A DNA stretch of 45,321 nt. Source: an uncultured Gammaproteobacteria bacterium (GTDB taxonomy: Bacteria > Patescibacteriota > Patescibacteriia > 2-01-FULL-39-33). Under the pieces are notes generated by a model that was given only the letters and a program-made list of their open reading frames with translations, had not been told where the DNA came from and ran no database searches. A program made the translations under genes and the position numbers. Each line of letters opens with the position of its first letter. Position 1 is the first letter of the stretch. The DNA lies in assembly GCA_964512625.1 (NCBI GenBank), contig CAZEKG010000005.1:1-45321 (forward strand), given 5' to 3'. Positions 44,382 to 45,321 of the stretch are shown here, piece by piece.

Positions 44382-44427
44382 TTTTCCTCAAGCCCCACAA
44401 ACCCATTACTTGCAAAGCCAATTGGAA
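44382..44427. repeat. right copy of the 46-bp imperfect direct repeat flanking the island
   Basis: TTTTCCTCAAG-N3-CACAA-N14-AAGCCAATTGGAA. About 33/46 identical to 37020-37065, with the same internal spacing. Confidence 0.6.
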
Positions 44428-44433
44428 AAACAT

Positions 44434-44580
44434 TTAGCCCGACTGCCGAAGATTATTAGAAAATCCCCGGGCAGCCGAGCCTATATTAGAAAATAATAAT
44501 AGAATTAATATGAATATAAATGCTAAAACTTTTCCTATAAGTAGTTCCCATTCAATTGTCAAAGTCCGTCTTACTCTCAT
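44434..44580 (-). CDS. 48-codon hydrophobic peptide ORF (candidate small membrane protein or type-I-toxin-like)
   Basis: MRVRRTLTIEWELLIGKVLAFIFILILLLFSNIGSAARGFSNNLRQSG has one TM segment. The ATG and the preceding GAGAGG are complementary to an upstream CCAUCCUCU. The ORF ends inside a terminator hairpin. Below the ORF-track cut-off. Confidence 0.3.
   Translation of the reverse strand: MRVRRTLTIEWELLIGKVLAFIFILILLLFSNIGSAARGFSNNLRQSG
44437..44480 (-). terminator. 11-bp-stem hairpin plus U-run, minus-strand specific
   Basis: On the minus strand, GCUCGGCUGCC-N22-GGCAGUCGGGC (two G.U pairs that are C.A mismatches on the plus strand) is followed by UAAAUGUUUUU. Confidence 0.45.
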
Positions 44581-44985
44581 CCTCTCACCATAAGCTCCTA
44601 TAACCTGAGGCCTGATAAAGACATTTCTTTACCTAATTGACTGGTTAGATCGATTAGGTAAATCGTCTCTTTATTAGAAAACGACTGCGCCGTTTAATCT
44701 CTCAAGAGGATGGGTATCCCGCTTAAGCGGGAAGCCATCGAGCTCTTAGGATTAAGCCTTCTTAACACTCATTAAGAAGTTCGCTCTCTTCTAGCGAAAA
44801 CGCGCGAGTGATTTACTTATTCAAGGACTACCTCTCTTCGATCGCAGACCTTGATAAATAATTATTTAAAGTGCATTTCTCCTCTTCGGAGAGCCGGTTA
44901 AGGAAGCGACAAGCTTTTCCCTAACCCGCTCTCCGGCCCGAAGCCGAATAAAAACTCTCTTCGGGCGGAGAGAGTTTTTAATCAT
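44570..44985. ncRNA. hairpin-dense, ORF-free region: candidate structured RNA or long structured leader of unknown class
   Basis: At least ten perfect or near-perfect hairpins, including 44629-44661, 44718-44731, 44757-44779, 44780-44798, 44821-44854 and 44888-44934. A long-range helix pairs 44576-44585 with 44705-44714. No ORF of 60 codons or more on either strand. The strand is unresolved. Confidence 0.4.
44951..44979. terminator. bidirectional intrinsic terminator hairpin
   Basis: AAAAACTCTCT-TCGGGCGG-AGAGAGTTTTT has A/T runs on both sides, so it is terminator-like in either orientation. Confidence 0.6.
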
Positions 44986-45055
44986 AGCTATTTAGTTTTA
45001 CGCCCCTTGGAAAGCTCTCTCCTTCTTTCCTTGGGTCATTTGATCTTACACAAGC

Positions 45056-45084
45056 ATTATAGCATAAGCTTAGCTTTTTGTCAA
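45056..45084 (-). promoter_or_regulatory. perfect consensus sigma70 promoter firing leftwards into the hairpin-dense locus
   Basis: The minus strand reads TTGACA (45084-45079), exactly 17 nt, then TATAAT (45061-45056). Confidence 0.65.
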
Positions 45085-45178
45085 TAAAGCGTATCATATA
45101 TAAATGATAATATAGCAATATTACCTAATTTAAGATATACTTATCCACATATTTTAGCTATATTTTTGTCATAATAAT

Positions 45179-45207
45179 TTGACAAGTAAATATCAATAAT
45201 ATATAAT
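45179..45207 (+). promoter_or_regulatory. perfect consensus sigma70 promoter firing rightwards toward the window edge
   Basis: TTGACA (45179-45184), 17 nt, TATAAT (45202-45207). A 31-nt near-perfect inverted repeat (45214-45244) sits at the predicted transcript start. Confidence 0.6.
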
Positions 45208-45321
45208 TAAAACAGGAAAAACACTTTATGTAAAGTATTTTCCTTTAAAAAATTTAACCATTTAATTAACTTATAAAAACCGTATGTATGAGCAATCCTT
45301 AGTCCAATCGGGCTTAACTGA

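Noticed and set aside
37000-44450. The island as a simple assembly chimera between a high-GC and a low-GC organism
   Set aside because: This cannot be excluded without reads. A chimera would need two independent mis-joins, yet both flanks are host-like. The block is bracketed by matching 46-bp repeats, its promoter-proximal ends are AT-rich like the host, and host-type terminators frame it. I therefore kept it as a real insertion pending read-level validation.
44570-44985. Identity of the hairpin-dense region as RNase P RNA, tmRNA, SRP (4.5S) RNA or 6S RNA
   Set aside because: An AAAGUCCG (P4-like) string and a GGAAGCGAC (SRP helix-8-like) string occur. The partner strands and other universally conserved elements are not present on either strand: the P4 3' strand, the ACAGAA / GGUAAGAGCGCACC type motifs, a GNRA-capped helix 8, and a tRNA-like acceptor/T-arm for tmRNA. 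A covariance-model search is still needed.
1-45321. Alternative genetic code (UGA recoding, as in some CPR lineages)
   Set aside because: Conserved proteins (glyA, recA, ftsK, rnj) translate full-length under the standard code without in-frame TGA. TGA also appears to act as a genuine stop, for example at the Nudix gene (14294-14296) and the island ORF ending at 40558.

Overview
About 45.3 kb of a streamlined, roughly 40% GC bacterial genome. Gene content and style look CPR/Patescibacteria-like; this taxonomic guess is an inference. Housekeeping genes include porG-porD-porA, secG, a family-5 solute-binding protein, tRNA-Leu(CAG), RNase J, phosphomannomutase, an Elp3-like radical-SAM/GNAT enzyme, a Nudix hydrolase, rsmE, glyA-folD, ychF, rpsF-ssb-rpsR, efp, recA and ftsK. 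There are also several very large secreted or surface proteins. Host genes generally lack Shine-Dalgarno (SD) motifs, and host promoters are near-consensus TTGACA/TGnTAATAT.

The outstanding feature is a ~7.3 kb block (about 37,066-44,381) of roughly 60-65% GC, from hand counts of sampled lines. It carries eight co-directional minus-strand genes, each with a strong AGGAGG-type SD. A 46-bp imperfect direct repeat (37,020-37,065 and 44,382-44,427) brackets it, and no integrase or transposase is visible.

The island encodes:
- two small unknown proteins;
- a 564-aa protein with an N-terminal P-loop NTPase and what look like Csx3 (ring-nuclease)-like domains;
- a RelA/SpoT-type HD small alarmone hydrolase;
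- a 101-aa unknown protein;
- a RavA-like MoxR AAA+ ATPase and a ViaA-like vWA protein;
- a 198-aa unknown protein.

I read this as a horizontally acquired candidate nucleotide-signal or NTPase-based conflict module, either defence or counter-defence. That reading is inference only.

Immediately right of the island is a ~650-bp hairpin-dense locus with no long ORF. It is driven by a perfect consensus promoter and ends in a 48-codon hydrophobic-peptide ORF whose start codon is buried in a helix. It could be type-I-toxin-like or a large structured RNA.

Smaller oddities:
- two solitary GC-elevated, SD-led orphan genes;
- a gene frameshifted at an A7 run;
- a MITE-like inverted-repeat element inside the por operon;
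- structured leaders upstream of rpsF and rnj;
- a three-gene cell-surface locus.
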